The position numbers and the translations under genes were made by a program. The notes below the pieces were generated by a model that made no database searches, was not told where the DNA came from, and saw only the letters and a program-made list of their open reading frames with translations. A DNA stretch of 64,000 nucleotides from Thalia democratica (lineage: Eukaryota), in assembly GCA_965202585.1 (NCBI GenBank), contig OZ241830.1:8432001-8496000 (forward strand), given 5' to 3'. Positions 1 to 12,841 of the stretch are shown piece by piece (the first letter of the stretch is position 1; each line of letters starts with the position of its first letter).

Positions 1-16
1 TTCAAAAATTGGATAT

Positions 17-3000
17 CTAAGATTCTTGGATATTTTAACATTTACAAAGTATTAGATTTAAGCTATTTAATACGAAGATAACTAATAACTTTGAAACTAA
101 AAATTTCTCAGAGAAAGCAAAACACAGCAGCCGAAAATGCCCAATCAAAAAGTCTCAACCAGTGGAGGTCAGCAACAAAGTGGTCAGCAAAATCCTCAAT
201 CTTCAAGTGCATCAGCGACACCATTTAAAACTCACATGCTTAACTCATATATGTATTTAGTGAATAACACATCAGCACTAAATTCCGTTCCTAATAGTTT
301 TCATTCACATTTGCAACATATTGTTTCAAGTATGGGCATTGGAATGACGGGAGGTGATTTACATCATTTTGAAAATGAAGGAAAGTTTGCAAACTTTGAT
401 AAAAAGAACAAAAAGTCAGCCGGACAAACATTTGATGGAGTCAAAGTTGCACTTAATTATGGAAATTATAATGACGACTGTGCAGTTTGTTTATGTCCTT
501 TAAAAGAAAACGTACCGGTAAAAGGTACAGGTGTTTGCGAGCATATCTTTCATGAAAAATGTCTGATAGACGTTTTAAAGCAAAGCCACAAGTGTCCTGT
601 ATGTCGTGCTGTTATTATAGAGAAGCTTGGTCCATGCCCAGATGGCTACATGAAAGTAAAAACTTGTAAAACCATGCATTGTGCAGGCTATGAAGACTGT
701 GGAATTATTCAGATTCAATACGACCTTCTTGGTGGAGTACAAGGACCCCAGCATGGAAACCCGGGATCTAGGTATAATAGTGATCGTAGAAGAGCATTCC
801 TGCCTGACAACAAAGTAGGTAGAAGGGTTCTTGAGCTGTTCAAAAAAGCATGGAAGATGAAACTGACGTTCACGGTTGGAACTAGTTTGAGCACTGGAGA
901 GAGGGACGTGATAACTTGGAATGATATCCATCACAAGACTTCTCATTATGGTGGACCATATGGTTACCCGGATGCGACTTATTTGGAGCGAGTCACTGCT
1001 GATATGCACGCTCTTGGTGTTAGGTTGGATGAGTAATCCAGCTGAATGATGTTTAATTAGGCCAGTACGCACAACAAAGTTATTTTACTGTCCTGTACTC
1101 GTAGCAAATAAATTTAAAATTGCGTATTTTGGTTGTAAAAATTATTTAAGCTCTGGTTACTGTTTAATTTTTACAGTGATAGATTTATTAAAAACAAGTG
1201 GTACATAGAATATTTTTAATATACGTGATCATTTTGTACCATTTTGCTGTTTTTTTGTACAGCAAGGGTTTTCTTTCATTTATTTAAAAAGAGTATTATA
1301 AAGTTTATCTTTATAATGAATATGAAATATTAGTTTATCTTTATAATAAGAATCTTATAAGAGTCAAAAAAAAATTATGAACCCTTTTATCAAAACAACT
1401 CAAACAACTAATATTAACTACGCTCAAGGCTTTTCTATCATTAACGCCTGAAAATTTAGTCTAAGTTTAAAATTACAACACTATGCGAGCTTAAGGTCCT
1501 CTAACATTTGACAAGCATTCGTTATTTTTATTATTATTATTTTAAAAACTACTGTTAACAGCATTAAGATAACTTTTAGATCTTCATCATAAACTTCAAA
1601 ATATCTAGTGTAAGTTTTGCTTTATTTGTAAAATGGCCCAATGACCTGCTTACTTCTTACGCCACCCGTTGAGACTTTTTTATCTTATTGCCCCCAAATT
1701 TTCTGAATTCGTCCCCAAGAAGACCACGTGGTCCCCTTTAGGAATCCCTGTTCTACAGTTACTGTTTATAAGAAATCAAGAAAAAGACTAACCGTCTAAA
1801 TTACTTTTGATATTTTAATTATACTCTTTCGAGACTAAGTTTTATATACTTGTACTATAAGCTTTACGTGGGTGTTTTGGAATAACAAAAACTTCTAGCT
1901 TATATAATATATAGTATATACTTGCATCACATATCGAATAACTTAGTAATGGCAAACTTGTTTTTTTTATAGGGCAAGAAAAAACTAAAGACTCTGAAAG
2001 ATTTTTAGAAACATATCTTGGTAGGCGGAGAAAACTCTTGAAATAAATCTTTAACACTACATGGGAAAAACTTTTAACAAGCATCACTGTGTTCTAAAGG
2101 CACTTTGTAAACATTAATAACTAAAATGACCATAAGTGTTTGATTTGCATAAAATGTACACAACCCTAAAAGTACAAACCATAAATGTTAGTTGGCGGGC
2201 CGTACGTTGCCTACCATAAAATAAACTCATATATTTCCATTTTATTACTTCTACCTATTGATCTACCGGCTCTGGCCTGATATTGTTTTAAAATAGATCT
2301 GGATTTCAACTACGATACGGCCGGGTTCAGATCAACTAATTTGATTAAAAAAGTAGTAATTTTTTATTAAATTTTGTGTTTTTATTACATAGATCTATTA
2401 CCCTAATTAAAAAAAAAAGTGGTTTGAAAAGATACAAATAAAATATCAAGCTTTATAAAACCTTTAGTATTAGTACTTTTATAAATACTAGTTGATGTAT
2501 ATTGTATGTTTACAAATATTTTAAAAGTTTTTTTGGTAGCTAAAAATGTACAAAAGTGTTCAATATAAGCACACAATTTTAAATTTTCTTCTGGTAATCG
2601 TTGGAAAATATTTATTTTTGTTTGAAAAATAAAATCATACTCACCGATTCATAGTAAATTTACTTTTCATTACTCATTGGTGTTTAACACTGTTGTATTG
2701 CTATAAATAATCAAAGAAAAAAAAACTTAAGTTAAGCAAAGGCCATGTTGTAAGATTTTGAAGTAAGATTTATGGCCTCTATATTGCCGGAATTTGATTC
2801 AGTGTTACAGTTGTTGGAATAAAAGGTCTTTTTTTAGTTATCTGAGTGCTTGTGGTTTTAGAAAATTTTATCCATGATAATGTGCCAAAACTCCACAGAA
2901 TACCGCTTGCCTCTAACGGTAAATTCAGATAAGAAGTTCAGTTTCTAATCGAAAAGAAGAAAAACACATAACAATTAAATTGTTTAAAATTATGACAAAA

Positions 3001-3045
3001 GAATAATTGGTTCATTACGTTGCGTTTATTGATATTTTATTCTTG
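17..3045 (+). repeat. Left arm of a ~3-kb inverted segmental duplication (partner ~41650-44650)
   Basis: 17-136 matches the reverse complement of 44528-44649. 3001-3035 (gaataattgg...ttgatat) matches the reverse complement of ~41660-41695. Colinear coding and non-coding similarity in between, with many substitutions and indels. Confidence 0.92.
112..1036 (+). CDS. DTX: Deltex-family E3 ubiquitin ligase, RING-H2 + DTC terminal exon (copy 1); any upstream exons lie outside the window
   Basis: RING-H2 C-x2-C...C-x-H-x2-H-x2-C...C-x2-C (CAVC...CEHIFHEKC...CPVC) followed by Deltex C-terminal motifs AFLPDN, FTVGTS, ITWNDIHHKT, GYPDATYL. Acceptor tctcAG at 110-111; the frame is open from 113 through the ATG at 137 to TAA at 1036. 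Confidence 0.9.
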
Positions 3046-3333
3046 ATATTTTTTATTTTTGAAAAAAATTAAATATTTTTTTAGATATGGCTTAAATAAA
3101 GTTAAAAACAGAGTTGTTTTTAGTAATTGTAGAATATCTTTGAAAATATTAAAACATTGCGAAAAAAAAAAGTGGCTTGTAGATATTCATATGATCTAAT
3201 TATGTTTTTTTATTTGGGATATAGTCTTTTAAATTTAATTCATTAAGTTCAGGTAAAATTAATTAACAAGTGTTTTCGGAATTCAAATCTGATGAGCACT
3301 GTTTGAAAATATCATTACGCTGGTTCCACGACT

Positions 3334-3464
3334 ATTCAAATTTAGACAATTCCAATTCCGACAATTTAATTTCTTAAAAAAATAAAAAAACAACCACAAA
3401 TAAAAAAGTAATGTATGAATGTGAAAATTTAAATTGTCGGAATTAGAGTTGTCCAAATTTGAAT
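3334..3464. mobile_element. Small MITE-like element with 30-bp inverted repeats
   Basis: attcaaatttagacaattccaattccgaca (3334-3363) versus tgtcggaattagagttgtccaaatttgaat (3435-3464): 27/30 complementary. Confidence 0.55.
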
Positions 3465-4590
3465 TGTCATATAACCCATTACACTCGTTAAATTACTGCA
3501 TGAGTTGTCATCTCTACGCAATCATAACACTAATATCGAATACACGAGAACGTTGCTATCAAAACGGTGACACTCTTCAACCTCAAAAGAAGCAGTATTA
3601 CAGTAGCATTGTCCTGACCAACAGATTAATCGCAATAATGGCTGAATCAGCAAAATTTTGAACTATTTCTTTTTTCTGCAGAAAAACCTAGATACAGAGT
3701 CTATAAGAAAGGTATCTAAAGTATCTTTTGTCTTGAAAGTAGTCTTCACAGCGGAGATTTCACATCAAAGGTTTTATACAGCTTTTATAGAATCTACATT
3801 CATTCAACTACAACTAAACATGCTGATATAGTCTTAATAATAAGTATCATTATCGACGACGTACATTTTTACTGCAATTATGACGTGTATCTCAATATAG
3901 AAAAATTTACATATGTGTCAATTGCTCGTAAAACTAAAACTAACAAAAGCGTTTTATTTTTGTTCATATTAGTTATATAATATTAGTTAGTTAAGTTACA
4001 CAAAACTACTGCACTACTTTGTAGCATTTTATCAGTATTGTTAAAGCATTTCCTAATACAAATACACTTTTAGAGAAAATTAAATTTTTTTACTACCTAT
4101 AATACTTTTAGACAGAACCTAAAGCATTTTAAATTAGAAACAGTATGTAATATAAATTTTTTATTTGTTTTGATAAAATAAAATTGAGAGTATAAAAGTT
4201 TGTTAAAACTACCTAGCTTTTTTTTTCGTTTTTAGATAAGTTTGACATTTTAATTTACATTAAGTACCCAAACAATAGTAGTAAAAAAGACAGATTTACA
4301 TTATTTACCTTTTCAGAAAATTATTGAAATTTTAAGAAATTTATTTCTAATCTCAAAAAAACTGTTAGTTTAAATTTTTTATTTTTAATTTTATAAATTA
4401 TATAAAGAAAATGTTACTAATCTAACCTAATAAGAACTTAACCAGGTTAAGCAAAAAAAAAACTTAATCGCACTTCAAAATAAAAACAAAGTTTATGTAT
4501 CGAACTTAAACAAAAATGTGTAGTCATTATTGTAACTTTTAGAAAAGAACTATAAAAGTAGCTAGAAGTATAAAAAAAAGTAATAAGTTG

Positions 4591-7500
4591 CTAGTCTTTT
4601 ATAGTAATAAGTGTTTTAAGGTATTCCATGAAGCTTTTATAATCAATATCATCGGTTAATACTTCAACTCCATCATCTTCTTCCTAAAAATTAATCTTAA
4701 TTATAACATAATAAAAGATAATAAATTCGTTAATATAGAATAAAATAACTATAGGTGTTAGAAGAAAAATTATAACTATCTTAACGTATTTTGGTAGTTA
4801 AAAAGTTTTAAAGTCAAGAAGATAACTTTTTTTTAACAACAAAAGTAAAACAAATTAGAACAACAAGCATTAACATATAAGATCACTCATAATGCAAACA
4901 ATTAAAAATTATTCTATTTAAAATATCTAAAATAGTATTATTAATAATTTAAAATAGAGTCGTTCAGTTAAACTAATTGCACATTGAAATAATTAATATT
5001 AATACTAAAAATAAGGATAAAAATTTAAATTTTCAACGTAATAAAATTATGTTTTTTATTAAATAGATAAACTTATCAAAACTCTAAAAATATCAAAAAC
5101 AATAGAAATATTTTGTAAAACATGTTTAATTACCTGTAGTATTAATACAACAAAAAAAATATTTTAACTTAAAATAAATTATGTAGAACGATTATCTTTA
5201 AACTGTTATTAAAAAAAACTACTAGACTCTAATTTATAAAAAGTCAGTTTACTTTAGTTTGTTTTATGGTATTACTTTCCACCATAAGTTCAAACTTGTT
5301 AACTTTGATTTTTTATAAGCTGATTTTCATTTGAAAACACTTCACGTACCTGATGAATCGCAAACTTGTCTTTATGAGTTTTGTAGGTTTTCGCCGGGTT
5401 GACGTGATGCAAGAGAAAACGAGATTGGCTTCCCCCGTGTTGCGTTTCAACGAACCTACATTGAATGTAATTAGCAAGAAGTTAGATTAAAACATATTTG
5501 CGGTTTCTGACTTAACTTTCGGTTTTATCGGTAACTCGAGGAGAAAAAGAGCTACGCTTATTAAGTGTTTCTAAAGTGAGTTATAAAGTTTACATAATTT
5601 GGTGAAAAATAAGTTTGAAACAAAATAAAATTTATTATATAAAATGAGACAGCTGAGCTTTATGTTGACAAATTTAGGAAAAAAAAAACTTTAATATACA
5701 CAGAAGCTATATAGGAAAACAAACGATTTTGTGACTACTTTTTTAAGTTATATAAATAAAGAAAGTATACAGAAAATTAAAGTTATATATTATTTTTGTT
5801 AACATAAATTAACAACATAATGAAAGTTATTACCTAGATACGGGAAATCTTTCTTCTAGTATTTCATTAGCTTCTCCTAGTGGAGCCTCAAGCAGCTCTT
5901 TTAAATTGCTGTACACGGGTTGTAAATGGTATCCTTTTGATTTCCATTCGGCTATGGTCTATAAGAAAATAAAGATTAAAAATTTTAAGCTCCAGTATAT
6001 TATATTTCTGAAAACATTTTCTGATTCTTAAAACAACATGAGAGTGATTAAGTTTCAAAACAAAAAGCCAAAGTTTCTTTAACGTGTAAAACATTTATCA
6101 AAGAAATAAGAGAAAAGCTTACTTGTCCATGATAGATTAGAACCACGAAGAATGTATCTAACAACAAAATTGTATCTTTCTTCACACTTGTACTATCGCA
6201 TTGTATTTGCTGAAAATTGTTAAATTAAGTAATCGTTTATTTAGTTTTTAAATTATGTATTGATTGTTTTCAGATTTGCACAAAGTAATTTTTAAGTGTA
6301 AGTTCACTTTTATACAGTTTGTACATGCGAATTGGAAAACAAAAATACTGTTTAGTTTGTTGTTAGTTTTCTAAGTGCATCCTGTGAGAGAACATTAAAA
6401 CGTAAGTTAGAAATAATTGGTAAATTTTATCAATCTACTGCAATACTTGTTGTGAGACTAAAATATTTTTCTATGTAAAAGTAGTGAAAAGTAGAACAAA
6501 AAATTGATCACTTACTGCAGCTCCGTCGAAAGAATATGATCTCAAGTAAGGTTTTATAATCAACAGTGAGCTGTAAGTAGGCAATCTGTTGAAGTAGTGC
6601 CTTACATAGGCAGTTTCATCTGGACCTTTTTCAAGGTTTAACAAATTGCTCTTTCTCAGTGAAAATACGAACTGTTTAAAAAACGTTTTTAAGTTAAAAT
6701 ACAAAAGTTCTGCTTTTAAAAGTAAATTATAATAACTTAAAGTACTGTTGTAGTTTATTAAGTAATAATAATGTTTTTATACTAAAGTGTCAAAGTTAAT
6801 GGTCAGAAGCTGTAAACATTTACATTCTCAGTAAATTAACGCATTTAAAGTTGAACTTAGTTCTTAAAATGCGCACTTGAAGTAATTAAGTATATTAATT
6901 ACTTTTAAATATCAAATGTTCTACTTTTTGTTTTACTTAAGCATTCCCATTGAATAATCTTAGTTTACACTAAAGTTAAACTAGTACTTAATAAGAAGAC
7001 AATAGTAAAAATAATTACATAAAAGAAAATAACAAACCTCTGAAAAGTCATGAAAATTCGGTGATAGTCTGACAGAATGTTTGTTTCCTTGTTTGTAGTC
7101 CCCGAATTGTTTCAACTATAAACAAAAATTTTTATTTATTTAGAGCGTAACTTCTACAGCAAATAACTGAATTTATATTTGCTAATATGCTAACTTTATT
7201 ATGTTTTGCATTGATAAATTAGAGTTATGTTTGTAAGTATAAAAAACTTAAACTTACAAGATCTATAAGAGTTTTGTCAACAAACAATCGAGGATTTTTC
7301 ACAGAATCTTCTATTGTGACTCCTTCTTTAGATCTACAGATCGCCAACCTCACAATCGATATCGCGCCGGCCTCCGCATCAAAACTTGCTTTCAAATAAC
7401 GATCAGTTATGTCTTCACGTTCCCAGCTGTTTGCAATTGTTTGTAATTGAAAACTTATTTTCTAAAACTAAACGCTATTCTAATATGTTATGGATGAGTT

Positions 7501-10500
7501 TGAAAAATGTTTATCTCGCTTACTTAATAAAACGCTACATAGTTTTACAAAAAATTAACATTATTAATTAGAAAATTCGGAATCTATAGTGTTATGTTAC
7601 TTTAGAAAATTTTTACTCACTGTCTTTCGGTCGTGGTGACTTTTATTCTGCGTGATCTGTCAGAATGCGTGTACCTCGTTATAAACTGAATGCCGGTTTC
7701 CCAATCCAAACGTTGAACTTTTTCATTCTGTTAAAATTGTTTTGAATAGTCTTTTGTGGTTACATAATTTTGTTGCTGGTTGTTATAAACAAGTCAAAAA
7801 TTTTAAACGTGTTCCAAATGTGTGTAGAAAATTAATATCATAGGTTCCTTCGTTAAGTTATATTTTAATTTTAAAGTAAGATTTTTTGTCCGGTAATTTT
7901 TTTAAAGTGTACGAGGTATGACAAACACTACTTGTACTGAAATATAAAGTTTAAAAACTTAATGATTTCAATACATCTTTTTAATGAATAGTTATTGCGT
8001 ATTACTTACGCAATACAATCAGATAAAATGTTGAATCTGATAACATTACAAAATATTTCGTATTTCAAGTACAGTTTTGCATGCATAACTTTAGTTCAAC
8101 TTTTACTTTTTATGATATTACTTGTTAGTTTTTGTTAGGTGAAAAAATAATATAATTAGTACATAAGTAAATACAAATTTCCACCTTGTTGTCTATAGTA
8201 AAATAAATTGCAAGGGTTGTGCTGGAATCGATCCCGTTTATTTTCCACTTGTTTGTTCCACTGACACCGACCTTTTTATCAGTGCTGACATTAGAACCGA
8301 GCTGATTCACCGAAACGCAAGGTCCTATCGCCCCCTTTATCTTTATCTTTCTTTTGCAAGTTGTCTGTAATATATGATATTTTTACTACAAAAATTCAGC
8401 TAAAACTAACTAGGTACAAAAATAATTATAATAAAGTTTATGTGTAGGAAAAAAAATATAACTTTAAGTTGTTTTGTTATATTAATTATTAAAAAGTTAA
8501 ATTGAAAGATAAAATAAATGTTTTAGTTTTTCATAAGAAGGCTTTTAGATAATTAATGTGTTTTTGTCAATTATTTTCCCTAATTCTTCCAATTCGCTTT
8601 AAAACAAAACAACAGAGTTGAATTACAACTCACGTTGACTTCCACTTCAGCGTTGAAAGCCATTTCCAGTTGGTTGTTTTCATCTCTTGCGAATATTTTC
8701 TGGTATGATTGTTTAAAGTGAGAACTGCCGAAGGTATCACACAGCAACATTAATCCGCTGAAAAATGAATTTAAAGTATAAAAAACAGCTTTTAAATGTA
8801 TGCATATAAATAAAAAAACTGTTTGTTATGTTTTTAGTACGTTTGTGGTATTCATTAATCAACTTACCCTGTTTGTTCGAAATATTGCATTTCATGGAGA
8901 CCACTTTCGTTACAGTAGCAGGAGAAAATATCAACGATATGTCCGTTTTTTGCGGCTTGTTCAGCGAGGTCTTTGTAGTGCTGAAACCAAAAGAGCTTAG
9001 TCAAAATCTATTTTTTATTCAAATCCTAAACATAGAAATTTAAAGTACTAACGAACAAATACAGCTTTTATTTTTAATGAGCCTCTTTCGACAAAATTAT
9101 TTTTAATATTATTAAATTACGTAGAAAACTTATTAATAGTAAACGTTATATAAGTTAGAGCAGGAATGTTTTATTAATTTAAACATTTAAAAGCTCGTTT
9201 CACCTGTACAATCCTCTTATCACTGGGGGTCTCCTCGTCAAGAATGTCTTTCCAAGACCTCATCACCACCTTCATGTCCAGCTCCGCCACTTTGCCCGGG
9301 CCGCGGGTGCACGGCCCGCCGAGGAAGGTCATGACCCTGGCCGGCATGCCGGGGTAGGAGCTCTCGAGCAGGGCGATGGCGTGAGACAACGCGGACCCGA
9401 GGCACTGCTCGGGCCGGTGGGCTCTCGCTACAGGGTAAGAGTCCACTTTGAGGTTGTTGAAAATATCGGTGGCAATTTCGTCGCAACTTTTAACCGGCTG
9501 AATGAATCTGTGTATTTATAAAAATTTTTTTAGTGAAAGAATGTATAAAATGTCTAAATTGTATAGTTTTTTATTTGTTTTTACTATTAATAATACAAAT
9601 AAAACTCAGTTTTTTGCATTAATAAAAATATTTAAAACAAAATTTATAAATTTTTTAAGAATATAAGTACTAACTTGTTTACACCTTTACCATCGAAAAT
9701 GTGTGTACGAAATTCCTGGTTTTCTTTTTTAATTCCAAGTTGTGTCTGTAAAAGTTATCTTTAAGTTAAAATCTTTTTACTTTCTAAAGACGCATAAAAT
9801 GTATTTTTAAACTTATTATTTACGCAAACTAAATAATTTTCGAACTATATATATAAATAATAACTGATTCTGTTTATGTTCAAATATAATTAATTATAAT
9901 TAAATTACAACATCTAGTATTTTCTTGGATTAAAAAATTCAGATATGATCTTCAAAACTACTTGGTTTTTATTATATATTGAGTTAATTTTTATTATTTC
10001 TTAGATGCATAAAACAAAACCTAGACCGTTTTTTTAATATATGTATAAACTACCTCTAGCTGCTTAGCAGAAACGACATCTGTGGAATTTATAACGTAGG
10101 ATCCTTGCCACTTAAACTGCGTTAGACGGTGGATTTCAGTAAAATGTCCAAAAGTAATTATTCCAATCAATGCATTTTCAGGCAACAACGCCAATGTCAT
10201 GGACAGACTGTTTTTTAGTTCCTTCAAAATATTTTACTTTAATTGTTTTTCTATTATTTAAAAAAAACAACTAAAGTTTTTTCAATGTTTACTATTCAAA
10301 TGATTTGAGATAGATTATTTAGTGTATTAATTAAATATTTTTATATTAGACAAAATGTTATTAAAGAATAGGACTTATTAAAAAAAAATGTTCTTGTTTT
10401 TGGAGCTTTTTTTATTTAATTACTTATTTTTACTTTCTTTTCTGGAAACATTTCAGTCGTTTCTTGATATTTACTATTCTTTTATGTTTTGTAAAACTCT

Positions 10501-12841
10501 TTGAATTGAACTTATTCAACAACAATAGCTTAATATTATTTATTCTAAAGCTTTTATTTAGCATTTTATATGCCTTAAATTGAAATAAAACTTGTAAACC
10601 ACAATTTCTAACCACAAGAAGTTTAAAATTTAATAGGCACAATTTTGCTAAGAAACAAACAAACTATATAGAATAGTGTAGTAATACTTACTAATCAAAT
10701 AGTAAATGATTGTAAAATAATTTCTACTAAGGCTTACGTTGCTATTTGTCTTATCTAACTTTCATACTTTTTTGATAATTAAATATTTAGTCTGGTAAAA
10801 CTGATTAAATCTATTTAGATGTATATCACTACTTGGTTATAGCAGTAGACTAAAATTATTCAAAACTATTCAATTTTTACTTCAATAAAACGGTTTAATT
10901 TTACAGAAAATTTAGCTATTTGTTAAGTTTCAAAATAAGGTGATGACAAAAAATTATTTATTACGTTAACTTTGCAAGTTTAATACCTTTTTATTTATTG
11001 TTATTTTACTAAACTAATGTTATTATACTAAACTAATAAATGAGATAAAAAAAGCTATTACATTTATCTAGTTATAATTTGCACTTCAATCCTAAAAACA
11101 AAAGTTTTGATATTGTACACAGTTACGAATTATAACTTGCAGGTAATTTAAAGTTCTATTCTGTTAATGATACAATATTCTTTAAGTTTTAAGACTTAAA
11201 CGTGACAAATTTACTAACAAACTATAAACATTTTAACAGCATGAAACGTATTTTAAATATTTCGTTATACTTCGCACAAAAAAACATAAACAAAACCAAC
11301 TTCCATCTCATCGTGATCAATGCAAGTGTCTATTACGAATAGAAAGCAAGGTGGTGGTGTCGGTTTGTCGGGTAGCTTGTACTCGATAGTGGAGTACTGC
11401 GGGTGCAACTCTGCTGGCTTCATGTTCTCCGAAATACAAGAGTAGCTCTGAGGTAGCTGGTAACAAATGATAATGATTAGTTATAAAAACTTCTTGATTT
11501 ATTTAGATCGTCAAAAGTTTAGTATGAGTAAAATTTGTTGTTTTACTAATATAATGAACAAGATTTTTATTCACTTTTAAGTATATGTCCTTAGTAAAAG
11601 TGTAACACTTAAAGACGACTAAAAGCTTGTTTAGAATTTAGTAGTTATTTATACAACTTATTTTTGTCAGGTGTTTTAATGGAATTAATTCCCAAAAGTA
11701 TCTTACCTTATTTCTATTTGTACAAAAGTTGCATGTCCAGTACTTTCCAACGAAATCAATTTGGCTGCAATATAATTAGTTAAGTCAATAATAATAAAAG
11801 AATTAAACTTGTAACGTAATAAAAGTTAAAACACAACAGTTTGTTTAATTCTTTTATAATTAATTTTTTTTTTTTGCAGTTCTATTCGTTTTTATTTACT
11901 AATGATTATAGACTTAAAGTCAGAAAAAATAAACTTATTAAGAAACAGAACAATTTAAATTTTAAGACTTTGTGCATAAGCCGATACTAAGTTGACTAAT
12001 CATAGCTTGTTAAAAATAAGATTTCATTTTAAAATTTACTATACAATAAATACACAACTACTTTAAACAACAGCCACACAAACTGCATTAATAATATCTT
12101 GAAAACCAACCACTTTGGGTTCATGTACGCGCCGCAGTCTTGCCTATTGCAAACGACAGGCGCGTAGCTCACATGGGATAACTTGTCATCCGTGAACTGC
12201 TTGAGGGGAGTGTAGAGGCACGCGAGCGGAACGATCATCTTCTGTTCTGTTTGAGAGGTGATAGGGAAGCAGTTCCACGTGAACCTGACCCCGTCGTGGA
12301 TTTCACCATCGTTCTTGATCGAGTCAAAGTAAGGTTGAGCATCGTATTCTTGCGTGTCAGCTTCTTGCACCATTTGTTGTTTGTTTTGATGCATCATTTG
12401 TTGCTGGTTTTGTTGCACCATTTGTTGTTTGTTTTGATGAACCATTTGCTGCTGGTTTTGATGAACCATTTGCTGCTGGTTTTGATGAACCATTTGCTGC
12501 TGGTTTTGATTCACCACTTGTTGTTGGTTTTGATGAACCATTTGCTGCTGGTTTTGATTCACCACTTGCTGCTGGTTTTGATGAACCATTTGTTGTTGGT
12601 TTTGATGCATCTTTTGTTGCTGGTTTTGATAAACCATTTGCTGCTGGTTTTGATGCATTATTTGTTGCTGGTTTTGTTGCTGGTTTTGATGCATTATTTG
12701 TTGCTGGTTTTGTTGCTCGTTTTGATGCATCAATTGTTGCTGGTTTTGATAAACCACTTGCTGCTGGTTTTGATGAAGCATTTGTTGCTGGTTTTGTTGC
12801 ACCTTTTGTTGCATCAGCTGTTGTTGGTTCAAATGCATCAT
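4591..12841 (-). CDS. SEC23: Sec23 (COPII inner coat, Sar1 GAP), 17 exons, 941 aa, with Gln-rich N-terminal extension
   Basis: Phase-consistent GT-AG exons: 12841-12111, 11764-11707, 11456-11301, 10221-10054, 9745-9675, 9507-9204, 8980-8868, 8757-8634, 8364-8185, 7727-7621, 7426-7258, 7115-7038, 6671-6516, 6209-6123, 5958-5834, 5455-5350, 4683-4591 (2826 nt). Motifs: DGVRFTWN, zinc finger (C-x4-C...WTCNFC), FLFVIDTC, FLGGPCTRGPG, GAIGPCVS, DTFFVVLIYHG, HGGSQSRFLL, VLTDD. Confidence 0.95.
12365..12835 (-). repeat. Coding minisatellite, mostly 24-bp units (HQNQQQ[M/V]V), in Sec23 exon 1
   Basis: Repeated catttg(c/t)tgctggttttgatgaac-type units on the + strand; translated repeats are visible in ORF 12029..12841. 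Confidence 0.9.

Noticed and set aside
575-1072. 165-aa antisense ORF (and its mirror 43603..44100), conserved in both duplicate arms
   Set aside because: Shadow of the Deltex coding strand; its conservation follows from the sense gene. Non-ATG start and no recognisable motif.
3289-3315. CTGATGAG...GAAA hammerhead-ribozyme-like core
   Set aside because: No stem II can form between the motifs and I found no supporting stems I/III.
3480-3880. Coding-like stretch containing ENVAIK (kinase VAIK-like)
   Set aside because: All frames are interrupted by stops and no other kinase subdomain lines up.
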